64,000 bases of DNA from Balanoglossus misakiensis (lineage: Eukaryota > Animalia > Hemichordata). The notes under the pieces are model-generated. The model was not told the origin of the DNA. It saw nothing but the letters and a program-made list of their open reading frames with translations, and made no database searches. This document shows, in pieces, positions 51,401-64,000 of this stretch; the stretch's first letter is position 1, and each line of letters opens with the position of its first letter. The stretch spans positions 620,001 through 684,000 of the forward strand of contig CM082592.2 in the NCBI GenBank assembly GCA_040954595.2. Reading direction: 5' to 3'. Position numbers and translations under genes: made by a program.

Positions 51401-54400
51401 ACAATCAACATGTCATATATGATCAGGGCACCAAATTCGAAGAACAAAGGTTTTTTTTATTTTTTTTTCTAAAAATGACATTTTCAAGGAAAATTTGGTA
51501 AAACGCAATTTTGTCTGCAGTGAGCCATATTAGACTGTCTTTTTTTTGGAATTTGTATCGATATATACATACGAAGAGCATTCTATACTCCATCAGATTT
51601 CCGAAAATGTAGAAAACAGGTATTTTTTGTAATTTTCAAAAATTTTCCATTTTGACCAAATTGTGCTAAAATTGTTATTTTCGTGTTGAATGCCGCCAGT
51701 GTCACTGCTTTTAAAAGTCATAAAAACTTTTAACATACAAGCAATTCTTTATATATGATCAGGTCACCGAATTAAAAAAAAAAGAATGTTTTGCCTAAAA
51801 ATGACCTTTTAGGTGCAAAAACGAATAAAACGTAATTTTGTATTAAATCAGCTCATTCAGAGTGCATTTTTTATAATCAGCACCATTTTTACATATAATT
51901 GAAATTTCATACATCATTAGATATCCAAATATGAAAAAATGATTTAGATTTTAGATGATTGTCCAAAATTAGCTGATATCTAATAAATGTAGTATTGAAC
52001 CGTTCTGTTTGCCCCCCCCCCCCCCTACATTATATGCGGTACGCCGATGTCAGCTTACCCGGCAGTACTGCAGGCCGTGCCGCCAACTAACGTCGGTGTT
52101 TGGAACGCCCTGGTTAAATTCGGGCTTTCTCTATAAATTGACAGGCAATAATGCAGTCCTACCCGAACAAATGTCGAGTGTTGACCCGCTGTGACTTACC
52201 CTCTTCGGTTTGCCCGACTTAGCCAACGTCTTTGTACTAGAGTGTCAGGTCTTTTGCAGAGCCAGGCCGAAGGAAATCCGACTTGATCACCGTTGCTAAC
52301 GAACGCTAGTGTCTGTCATGGTGTGCCGGGGTTTTAGTCGAGCCAGGCCGTAGGAGATCTGACTTGATCATCGTGGTCAATGTACGCGTGTTTCCGCTCT
52401 AAAGTGCCGGGGCTTCAGCTAAACCAGACCGTAGGAAATCCGACGTAATCACCGTTGATAACTTACGCCAGTCTGTGTCATATAGAGCCGGTGCACAAGC
52501 CGAGTCACGCCGTAGGAAATCTGACTTGATCAACGTGGTCAATGTACGCCTGTTTCTGCTCTAGAGTGCCGGGGCTTCAGCTGAGCCAGGCCGTAGGAAA
52601 CCCGACGTGATTACCGTTGTTAACTTACGCCAGTCTGTGTCCTATATATAGTGCCGGGGCATCAGCCGTGCCAGGCCGAAGGAAATGTGAGTAGATCAAC
52701 GTGGTCTCTGTACGCGTGTTTCTGCTCTAGAGTGTCGGGGCTTTATCCAAGCCATGCCGTAGAAAATCTGACTTGATCACCGTTGCTAACGTACGCTAGT
52801 GTCTGTAATATTGTGACGGAGATTTAGCCGAGCCAGGCCGTAGAAAAATCGACTCGTTCAACGTTACAAGTGTGCAACTGTTTCTGCTCTAGAGTGTCAG
52901 GGTTTTAGCCGACTTATGCTGTAGGAAATCTGAGTTGATGAACGGGAATTTAATGTTAGAAAACCCGTGTGGAAAGTATCTCTACCCGTTTGAAACTAAG
53001 AAAAGAATTTATTCTTATTTATTTTGTAAAAAAGACAATTTTTCGAAAAAAAGTCGAAAATGGTAATTTTGTCTTGGGTGATTCAAATTATACCACCTTT
53101 TCTGGAATTTGCAGCACTTTTTACAAGAGAACGACACTTTATGCTCCATAATATTTCCGAAAATGAAGAAAAGAGTTTATTTTTTATGATTTTTTAAAAA
53201 TTTACCATATTTGTCAAAATATGGCCAAAATGGCTATTTTGTCTTGAATTCCGTCAATATCTCTGCATTTTTGGAGTTGTCGAAAGTTTTAACATACAAT
53301 CAACATGTCATATATGATCAGGGCACCAAATTCGAAGAACAAAGGTTTTTTTTATTTTTTTTTCTAAAAATGACATTTTCAAGGAAAATTTGGTAAAACG
53401 CAATTTTGTCTGCAGTGAGCCATATTAGACTGTCTTTTTTTTGGAATTTGTATCGATATATACATACGAAGAGCATTCTATACTCCATCAGATTTCCGAA
53501 AATGTAGAAAACAGGTATTTTTTGTAATTTTCAAAAATTTTCCATTTTGACCAAATTGTGCTAAAATTGTTATTTTCGTGTTGAATGCCGCCAGTGTCAC
53601 TGCTTTTAAAAGTCATAAAAACTTTTAACATACAAGCAATTCTTTATATATGATCAGGTCACCGAATTAAAAAAATAAAGAATGTTTTGCCTAAAAATGA
53701 CCTTTTAGGTGCAAAAACGAATAAAACGTAATTTTGTATTAAATCAGCTCATTCAGAGTGCATTTTTTATAATCAGCACCATTTTTACATGTAATGGAAA
53801 TTTCATACATCATCAGATATCCAAATATAAAAAAAATGATTTAGATTTTAGATGATTGTCCAAAATTAGCTGATATCTAATAAATGTAGTATTGAACCGT
53901 TCTGTCCCCCCCCCCCCTACATTATATGCGGTACGCCGATGTCAGCTTACCCGGCAGTACTGCAGGCCGTGCCCCCAACTAACGTCGGTGTTTGAAACGC
54001 CCTGGTTAAATTCGAGCTTTCTCTATAAATTGACAGGCAATAATGCAGTCCTACCCGAACAAATGTCAAGTGTTAAACTGCTGTGACTTTCCCTCTTCGG
54101 TTTGCCCGACTTAGCCAACGTCTTTGTACTAGAGTGTCGGGTCTTTTGCAGAGCCAGGCCGAAGGAAATCCGACTTGATCACCGTTGCTAACGAACGCTA
54201 GTGTCAATCATGGTGTGCCGGGGTTTTAGTCGAGCCAGGCCGTAGGAGATCTGACTTGATCATCGTGGTCAATGTACGCGTGTTTCCGCTCTAAAGTACC
54301 GGGGCTTCAGGTAAACCAGGCCGTAGGAAATCCGACGTAATCACCGTTGATAACTTACGCCAGTCTGTGTCATATAGAGCCGGTGCACCAGCCGAGTCAC

Positions 54401-57400
54401 GCCGTAGGAAATCTGACTTGATCAACGTGGTCAATGTACGCCTGTTTCTGCTCTAGAGTGCCGGGGCTTCAGCTGAGCCAGGCCGTAGGAAACCCGACGT
54501 GATTACCGTTGTTAACTTACGCCAGTCTGTGTCCTATATATAGTGCCGGGGCATGAGCCGTGCCAGGCCGAAGGAAATGTGAGTAGATCAACGTGGTCTC
54601 TGTACGCGTGTTTCTGCTCTAGAGTGCCAGGGCTTTAGCCAAGCCATGCCGTAGGAAATCTGACTTGATCAACGTTGCTAACGAACGCTAGTGTCTGTCA
54701 TAGTGTGCCTGGGTTTTAGTCGAGCCAAGCCGTAGTAGATCAGACTTGTTCAACGTTACCAGTGTGCACCTGTTTCTGCTCTAGAGTGCCAGGGCTTTAG
54801 CCAAGCCATGCCGTAGGAAATCTGACTTGATCAACGTTGCTAACGAACGCTAGTGTCTGTCATAGTGTGCCTGGGTTTTAGTCGAGCCAAGCCGTAGGAG
54901 ATCAGACTTGATCAACGTGGTCTCTGTACGCGTGTTTCTGCTCTAGAGTGCCGGGGCTTTATCCAAGCCATGCCGTAGAAAATCTGACTTGATCACCGTT
55001 GCTAACGTACGCTAGTGTCTGTAATATTGTGACGGAGATTTAGCCGAGCCAGGCCGTAGAAAAATCGACTCGTTCAACGTTACCAGTGTGCAACTGTTTC
55101 TGCTCTAGAGTGTCAGGGTTTTAGCCGACTTATGCTGTAGGAAATCTGAGTTGATGAACGGGAATTCAATGTTAGAAAACCCGTGTGGAAAGTATCTCTA
55201 CCCGTTTGAAACTAAGAAAAGAATTTATTCTTATTTATTTTGTAAAAAAGACAATTTTTCGAAAAAAAGTCGAAAATGGTAATTTTGTCTTGGGTGATTC
55301 AAATTATACCGCCTTTTCTGGAATTTGCAGCACTTGTTACAAGAGAACGACACTTCATGCTCCATAATATTTCCGAAAATGAAGAAAAGAGTTTATTTTT
55401 TATGATTTTTTAAAAATTTACCATTTCTGTCAAAATATGGCCAAAATGGCTATTTTGTCTTGAATTCCGTCAATATCTCTGCATTTTTGGAGTTGTCGAA
55501 AGTTTTAACATACAATCAACATGTCATATATGATCAGGGCACCAAATTCGAAGAACAAAGGTTTTTTTTTATTTTTTTTTCTTCTAAAAATGACATTTTC
55601 AAGGAAAATTTGGTAAAACGCAATTTTGTCTGCAGTGAGCCATATTAGACTGTCTTTTTTTGTAATTTGTATCGATATATACATACGAAGAGCATTCTAT
55701 ACTCCATCAGATTTCCGAAAATGTAGAAAACAGGTATTTTTTGTAATTTTCAAAAATTTACCATTTTGACCAAATTGTGGCTAAAATTGTTATTTTCGTG
55801 TTGAATGCCGCCAGTGTCACAGCTTTTAAAAGTCATAAAAACTTTAACATACAAGCAATTGTTTATATATGATCAGGTCACCGAATTAAAAAAATAAAGA
55901 ATGTTTTGCCTAAAAATGACCTTTTTGGTGTAAAAACGAATAAAACGCAATTTTGTATTAAATCAGCTCATTCAGAGTGCATTTTTTATAATCAGCACCA
56001 TTTTTACATATAATGGAAATTTCATACATCATCAGATATCCAAATATGAAAAAATGATTTAGATTTTAGATGATTGTCCTTAATTAGCTGATATCTAATA
56101 AATGTAGTATTGAACCGTTCTGCCCCCCCCCCCCCCTACATTATATGCGGTACGCCGATGTCAGCTTACCCGGCAGTACTGCAGGCCGTGCCCCCAATTA
56201 ACGTCAGTGTTTGAAACGCCCTGGTTAAATTCGGGCTTTCTCTATAAATTGACAGGCAATAATGCAGTCCTACCCGAACAAATGTCGAGTGTTCACCCGC
56301 TGTGACTTTCCCTCTTCGGTTTGCCCGACTTAGCCAACGTCTTTGTACTAGAGTGTCGGGTCTTTTGCAGAGCCACGCCGAAGGAAATCCGACTTGATCA
56401 CCGTTGCTAACGAACGCTAGTGTCTGTCATGGTGTGCCGGGGTTTTAGTCGAGCCAGGCCGTAGGAGATCTGACTTGATCATCGTGGTCAATGTACGCGT
56501 GTTTCCGCTCTAAAGTGCCTGGGCTTCAGCTAAACCAGGCCGTAGGAAATCCGACGTAATCACCGTTGATAACTTACGCCAGTCTGTGTCATATAGAGCC
56601 GGTGCACCAGCCGAGTTACGCCGTAGGAAATCTGACTTGATCAACGTGGTCAATGTACGCCTGTTTCTGCTCTAGAGTGCCGGGGCTTCAGCTGAGCCAG
56701 GCCGTAGGAAACCCGACGTGATTACCGTTGTTAACTTACGCCAGTCTGTGTCCTATATATAGTGCCGGGGCATCAGCCGTGCCAGGCCGAAGGAAATGTG
56801 AGTAGATCAACGTGGTCTCTGTACGCGTGTTTCTGCTCTAGAGTGCCAGGGCTTTAGCCAAGCCATGCCGTAGGAAATCTGACTTGATCAACGTTGCTAA
56901 CGAACGCTAGTGTCTGTCATAGTGTGCCGGGGTTTTAGTCGAGCCAAGCCGTAGGAGATCAGACTTGATCAACGTGGTCTCTGTACGCGTGTTTCTGCTC
57001 TAGAGTGCCGGGGCTTTATCCAAGCCATGCCGTAGAAAATCTGACTTGATCACCGTTGCTAACGTACGCTAGTGTCTGTCATATTGTGACGGAGATTTAG
57101 CCGAGCCAGGCCATAGAAAAATCGACTTGTTCAACGTTACCAGTGTGCAACTGTTTCTGCTCTAGAGTGTCAGGGTTTTAGCCGACTTATGCTGTAGGAA
57201 ATCTGAGTTGATGAACGGGAATTCAATGTTAGAAAACCCTTGTGGAAAGTATCTCTACCCGTTTGAAACTAAGAAAAGAATTTATTCTTATTTATTTTGT
57301 AAAAAAGACAATTTTTCGAAAAAAAGTCGAAAATGGTAATTTTGTCTTGGGTGATTCAAATTATACCGCCTTTTCTGGAATTTGCTGCACTTCTTACAAG

Positions 57401-60400
57401 AGAACGACACTTCATGCTCCATAATATTTCGGAAAATGAAGAAAAGAGTTATTTTTTTATGATTTTTTAAAAATTTACCATTTTTGTCAAAATATGGCCA
57501 AAATGGCTATTTTTTCTTGAATTCCGTCAATATATCTGCATTTTTGGAGTGGTCGAAAGTTTTAACATACAATCAACATGTCATATATGATCAGGGCACC
57601 AAATTCGAAGAACAAAGGTTTTTTTATTTTTTTTTCATCTAAAAATGACATTGTCAAGGAAAATTTGGTAAAACGCAATTTTGTCTGCAGTGAGCCAAAT
57701 TAGACGGTCTTTTTTTTTGGAATTTGTATCGATATATGCATACGAAGAGCATTCTATACTCCATCAGATTTCCGAAAATGTAGAAAACAGGTATTGTTTT
57801 GTAATTTTCAAAAATTTACCATTTTGACCAAATTGTGGCTAAAATTGTTATTTTCGTGTTGAATGCCGCCAGTGTCACTGCTTTTAAAAGTCATAAAAAC
57901 TTTTAACATACAAGCAATTGTTTATATATGATCAGGTCACCGAATTAAAAAAATAAAGAATGTTTTGCCTAAAAATGACCTTTTTGGTGTAAAAACGAAT
58001 AAAACGCAATTTTGTATTAAATCAGAATGCATTTTTTATAATCAGCACCATTTTTACATGTAATGGAAATTTCATACATCATCGGATATCCAAATATAAA
58101 AAAAATGATTTAGATTTTAGATGATTGTCCAAAATTAGCTGATATCTAATAAATGTAGTATTGAACCGTTCTGTCCCCCCCCCCCCCACATTATATGCGG
58201 TACGCCGATGTCAGCTTACCCGGCAGTACTGCAGGCCGTGCCCCCAACTAACGTTGGTGTTTGAAACGCCCTGGTTAAATTCGGGCTTTCTCTATAAATT
58301 GACAGGCAATAATGCAGTCCTACCCGAACAAATGTCAAGTGTTAAACCGCTGTGACTTTCCCTCTTCGGTTTGCCCGACTTAGCCAACGTCTTTGTACTA
58401 GAGTGTCGGGTCTTTTGCAGAGCCAGGCCGAAGGAAATCCGACTTGATCACCGTTGCTAACGAACGCTAGTGTCTATCATGGTGTGCCGGGGTTTTAGTC
58501 GAGCCAGGCCGTAGGAGATCTGACTTGATCATCGTGGTCAATGTACGCGTGTTTCCGCTCTAAAGTACCGGGGCTTCAGGTAAACCAGGCCGTAGGAAAT
58601 CCGACGTAATCACCGTTGATAACTTACGCCAGTCTGTGTCATATAGAGCCGGTGCACCAGCCGAGTCACGCCGTAGGAAATCTGACTTGATCAACGTGGT
58701 CAATGTACGCCTGTTTCTGCTCTAGAGTGCCGGGGCTTCAGCTGAGCCAGGCCGTAGGAAACCCGACGTGATTACCGTTGTTAACTTACGCCAGTCTGTG
58801 TCATATATATAGTGCCGGGGCATCAGCCGTGCCAGGCCGAAGGAAATGTGAGTAGATCAACGTGGTCTCTGTACGCGTGTTTCTGCTCTAGAGTGCCAGG
58901 GCTTTAGCCAAGCCATGCCGTAGGAAATCTGACTTGATCAACGTTGCTAACGAACGCTAGTGTCTGTCATAGTGTGCCGGGGTTTTAGTCGAGCCAAGCC
59001 GTAGGAGATCAGACTTGATCAACGTAGTCTCTGTACGCGTGTTTCTGCTCTAGAGTGCCGGGGCTTTATTCAAGCCATGCCGTAGAAAATCTGACTTGAT
59101 CACCGTTGCTAACGTACGCTAGTGTCTGTCATATTGTGACGGAGATTTAGCAGAGCCAGGCCGTAGAAAAATCGACTTGTTCAACGTTACCAGTGTGCAA
59201 CTGTTTCTGCTCTAGAGTGTCAGGGTTTTAGCCGACTTATGCTGTAGGAAATCTGAGTTGATGAATGGGAATTCAATGTTAGAAAACCCGTGTGGAAAGT
59301 ATCTCTACCCGTTTGAAACTAAGAAAAGAATTTATTCTTATTTATTTTGTAAAAAAGACAATTTTTCGAAAAAAAGTCGAAAATGGTAATTTTGTCTTGG
59401 GTGATTCAAATTATACCGCCTTTTCTGGAATTTGCAGCACTTTTTACAAGAGAACGACACTTCATGCTCCATTATATTTCCGAAAATGAAGAAAAGAGTT
59501 AATTTTTCATGATATTTTAAAAATTTACCATTTTTGTCAAAATATGGCCAAAATGGCTATTTTTTCTTGAATTCCGTCAATATCTCTGCATTTTTGGAGT
59601 GGTCGAAAGTTTTAACATATAATCAACATGTCATATATGATCAGGGCACCAAATTCGAAGAACAAAGGTTTTTTTATTTTTTTTTCTAAAAATGACATTT
59701 TCAAGGAAAATTTGGTAAAACGCAATTTTGTCTGCAGTGAGCCAAATTGGCCGTTTTTTGTGGAATTTGTATCGATATATATATACGAAGAGCATTCTAT
59801 ACTCCATCAGATTTCCGAAAATGTAGAAAACAGGTATTTTTTATAATTTTTTATAATTTTCAAAAATTTACCATTTTGACCAAATTGTGGCTAAAATTTT
59901 TATTTTCGTGTTGAATGCCGCCAGTGTCACTGCTTTTAAAAGTCATAAAATTTTTTAACATACAAGCAATTGTTTATATATGATCAGGTCACCGAATTAA
60001 AAATATAAAGAATGTTTTGCCTAAAAATGACCTTTTTGGTGCAAAAACGAATAAAACGCAATTTTGTATTAAATCAGAATGCATTTTTTATAATCAGCAC
60101 CATTTTTACATGTAATGGAAATTTCATACATCATCTGATATCCAAATATAAAAAAAATGATTTAGATTTTAGATGATTGTCCAAAATTAGCTGATATCTA
60201 ATAAATGTAGTATTGAACCGTTCTGTCCCCCCCCCCTACATTATATGCGGTACGCCGATGTCAGCTTACCCGGCAGTACTGCAGGCCGTGCCCCCAACTA
60301 ACGTCGGTGTTTGAAACGCCCTGGTTAAATTCGAGCTTTCTCTATAAATTGACAGGCAGTAATGCAGTCCTACCCGAACAAATGTCAAGTGTGAAACTGC

Positions 60401-63400
60401 TGTGACTTTCCCTCTTCGGTTTGCCCGACTTAGCCAACGTCTTTGTACTAGAGTGTCGGGTCTTTTGCAGAGCCAGGCCGAAGGAAATCCGACTTGATCA
60501 CCGTTGCTAACGAACGCTAGTGTCTATCATGGTGTGCCGGGGTTTTAGTCGAGCCAGGCCGTAGGAGATCTGACTTGATCATCGTGGTCAATGTACGCGT
60601 GTTTCCGCTCTAAAGTACCGGGGCTTCAGGTAAACCAGGCCGTAGGAAATCCGACGTAATCACCGTTGATAACTTACGCCAGTCTGTGTCATATAGAGCC
60701 GGTGCACCAGCCGAGTCACGCCGTAGGAAATCTGACTTGATCAACGTGGTCAATGTACGCCTGTTTCTGCTCTAGAGTGCCGGGGCTTCAGCTGAGCCAG
60801 GCCGAAGGAAATGTGAGTAGATCAACGTGGTCTCTGTACGCGTGTTTCTGCTCTAGAGTGCCGGGGCTTTAGCCAAGCCATGCCGTAGAAAATCTGACTT
60901 GATCACCGTTGCTAACGTACGCTAGTGTCTGTCATATTGTGACGGGGTTTTAGTCGAGCCAAGCCGTAGGAGATCAGACTTGATCAACGTGGTCTCTGCA
61001 CGCGTGTTTCTGCTCTAGAGTGCCGGGGCTTTATCCAAGCCATGCCGTAGAAAATCTGACTTGATCACCGTTGCTAACGTACGCTAGTGTCTGTCATATT
61101 GTGACGGAGATTTAGCCGAGCAAGGCCATAGAAAAATCGACTTGTTCAACGTTACCAGTGTGCAACTGTTTCTGCTCTAGAGTGTCAGGGTTTTAGCCGA
61201 CTTATGCTGTAGGAAATCTGAGTTGATGAACGGGAATTCAATGTTAGAAAACCCTTGTGGAAAGTATCTCTACCCGTTTGAAACTAAGAAAAGAATTTAT
61301 TCTTATTTATTTAGTAAAAAAGAAAATTTTTCGAAAAAAAGTCGAAAATGGTAATTTTGTCTTGGGTGATTCAAAATATACCGCCTTTTCTGGAATTTGC
61401 TGCACTTCTTACAAGAGAACGACACTTCATGCTCCATAATATTTCGGAAAATGAAGAAAAGAGTTATTTTTTTATGATTTTTTAAAAATTTACCATTTTT
61501 GTCAAAATATGGCCAAAATGGCTATTTTTTCTTGAATTCCGTCAATATATCTGCATTTCTGGAGTGGTCGAAAGTTTTAACATACAATCAACATGTCATA
61601 TATGATCAGGGCACCAAATTCGAAGAACAAAGGTTTTTTTATTTTTTTTTCTTCTAAAAATGACATTTTCAAGGAAAATTTGGTAAAACACAATTTTGTC
61701 TGCAGTGAGCCAAATTAGACGGTCTTTTGTGGAATTTGTATCGATATATACATACGAAGAGCATTCTATACTCCATCAGATTTCCGAAAATGTAGAAAAC
61801 AGGTATTTTTTTGTAATTTTCAAAAATTTACCATTTTGACCAAATTGTGGCTAAAATTGTTATTTTCGTGTTGAATGCCGCCAGTGTCACTGCTTTTAAA
61901 AGTCATAAAAACTTTTAACATACAAGCAATTGTTTATATATGATCAGGTCACCGAATTAAAAAAATAAAGAATGTTTTGCCTAAAAATGACCTTTTTGGT
62001 GCAAAAACGAATAAAACGTAACTTTGTATTAAATCAGCTCATTCACAGTGCATTTTTTATAATCAGCATCATTTTTACATATAATTGAAATTTCATACAT
62101 CATTAGATATCCAAATATGAAAAAATGATTTAGATTTTAGATGATTGTCCAAAATTAGCTGATATCTAATAAATGTAGTATTGAACCGTTCTGTTTGCCC
62201 CCCCCCCCCCCTACATTATATGCGGTACGCCGATGTCAGCTTACCCGGCAGTACTGCAGGCCGTGCCCCCAACTAACGTCGGTGTTTGGAACGCCCTGGT
62301 TAAATTCGGGCTTTCTCTATAAATTGACAGGCAATAATGCAGTCCTACCCGAACAAATGTCGAGTGTTGACCCGCTGTGACTTACCCTCTTCGGTTTGCC
62401 CGACTTAGCCAACGTCTTTGTACTAGAGTGTCAGGTCTTTTGCAGAGCCAGGCCGAAGGAAATCCGACTTGATCACCGTTGCTAACGAACGCTAGTGTCT
62501 GTCATGGTGTGCCGGGGTTTTCGTCGAGCCAGGCCGTAGGAGATCTGACTTGATCATCGTGGTCAATGTACGCGTGTTTCCGCTCTAAAGTGCTGGGGCT
62601 TCAGCTAAACCAGACCGTAGGAAATCCGACGTAATCACCGTTGATAACTTACGCCAGTCTGTGTCATATAGAGCCGGTGCACAAGCCGAGTCACGCCGTA
62701 GGAAATCTGACTTGATCAACGTGGTCAATGTACGCCTGTTTCTGCTCTAGAGTGCCGGGGCTTCAGCTGAGCCAGGCCGTAGGAAACCCGACGTGATTAC
62801 CGTTGTTAACTTACGCCAGTCTGTGTCCTATATATAGTGCAGGGGCATCAGCCGTGCCAGGCCGAAGGAAATGTGAGTAGATCAACGTGGTCTCTGAACG
62901 CGTGTTTCTGCTCTAGAGTGCCAGGGCTTTAGCCAAGCCATGCCGTAGGAAATCTGACTTAATCAACGTTGCTAACGAACGCTAGTGTCTGTCATAGTGT
63001 GCCGGGGTTTTAGTCGAGCCAAGCCGTAGGAGATCAGACTTGATCAACGTGGTCTCTGTACGCGTGTTTCTGCTCTAGAGTGCCGGGGCTTTATCCAAGC
63101 CATGCCGTAGAAAATCTGACTTTATCACCGTTGCTAACGTACGCTAGTGTCTGTCATATTGTGACGGAGATTTAGCCGAGCCAGGCCATAGAAAAATCGA
63201 CTTGTTCAACGTTACCAGTGTGCAACTGTTTCTGCTCTAGAGTGTCAGGGTTTTAGCCGACTTATGCTGTAGGAAATCTGAGTTGATGAACGGGAATTCA
63301 ATGTTAGAAAACCCTTGTGGAAAGTATCTCTACCCGTTTGAAACTAAGAAAAGAATTTATTCTTATTTATTTTGTAAAAAAGACAATTTTTCGAAAAAAA

Positions 63401-64000
63401 GTCGAAAATGGTAATTTTGTCTTGGGTGATTCAAATTATACCGCCTTTTCTGGAATTTGCTGCACTTCTTACAAGAGAACGACACTTCATGCTCCATAAT
63501 ATTTCGGAAAATGAAGAAAAGAGTTATTTTTTTATGATTTTTTAAAAATTTACCATTTTTGTCAAAATATGGCCAAAATGGCTATTTTTTCTTGAATTCC
63601 GTCAATATATCTGCATTTTTGGAGTGGTCGAAAGTTTTAACGTACAATCAACATGTTATATATGATCAGGGCACCAAATTCGAAGAACAAAGGTTTTTTT
63701 ACTTTTTTTTCTTCTAAAAATGACATTTTCAAGGAAAATTTGGTAAAACGCAATTTTGTCTGCAGTGAGCCAAATTAGACGGTCTTTTTTTTTTGAATTT
63801 GTATCGATATATACATACGAAGAGCATTCTATACTCCATCAGATTTCCGAAAATGTAGAAAACAGGTATTTTTTTGTAATTTTTAAAAATTTACCATTTT
63901 GACCAAATTGTGGCTAAAATTGTTATTTTCGTGTTGAATGCCGCCAGTGTCACTGATTTTAAAAGTCATAAAAACTTTTAACATACAAGCAATTGTTTAT
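48402..64000 (-). repeat. Same macrosatellite in inverted orientation, right arm (~8 units, runs off window)
   Basis: The reverse-complement core (C)n(T)ACATTATATGC occurs at about 50119, 52012, 53906, 56123, 58175, 60227 and 62198. The recurring MESISTRL... ORF flips from the minus to the plus strand. Confidence 0.97.

Noticed and set aside
1644-63499. Recurrent 60-90 aa ORFs (MESISTRL..., MSKYGQ..., MNRSVPPP...) as a tandem gene family
   Set aside because: Mostly non-ATG starts, low-complexity F/K/I composition from A/T tracts, frequent homopolymer frameshifts and no domain motifs. They are by-products of the satellite.

Overview
This is eukaryotic (probably marine-invertebrate) repetitive DNA with no host protein-coding genes. 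About 50 kb is one ~2.05-kb composite macrosatellite of roughly 25 units. Each unit has three parts: a GC/CpG-rich block of ~81-bp monomers alternating A/B (162-bp dimer), a ~200-bp conserved non-repetitive core ending in a G9-18 run inside a hairpin, and an AT-rich block of ~167-bp monomers. The array switches orientation at 48390-48401 across a (GGA)4 filler, and the two arms share private variants as mirror images. Two different Tx1/L1-clade non-LTR retrotransposons (CCHC ORF1; APE-RT-zinc-finger ORF2) sit in the GC part of the unit, each with a target-site duplication. Element A (18407-26314, minus) looks full-length. Element B (~29101-34148, plus) is 5'-truncated and decayed. Element A's ORF1 is interrupted by a Helentron-type non-autonomous element (HINE), which itself contains a second copy of the same family. 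The best candidate for something new is a macrosatellite with a structured, possibly 5S-derived or small-RNA-like core that may be the specific target of two Tx1 families. That is inference and needs genome-wide checks. The many 60-90 aa ORFs in the satellite are treated as spurious.
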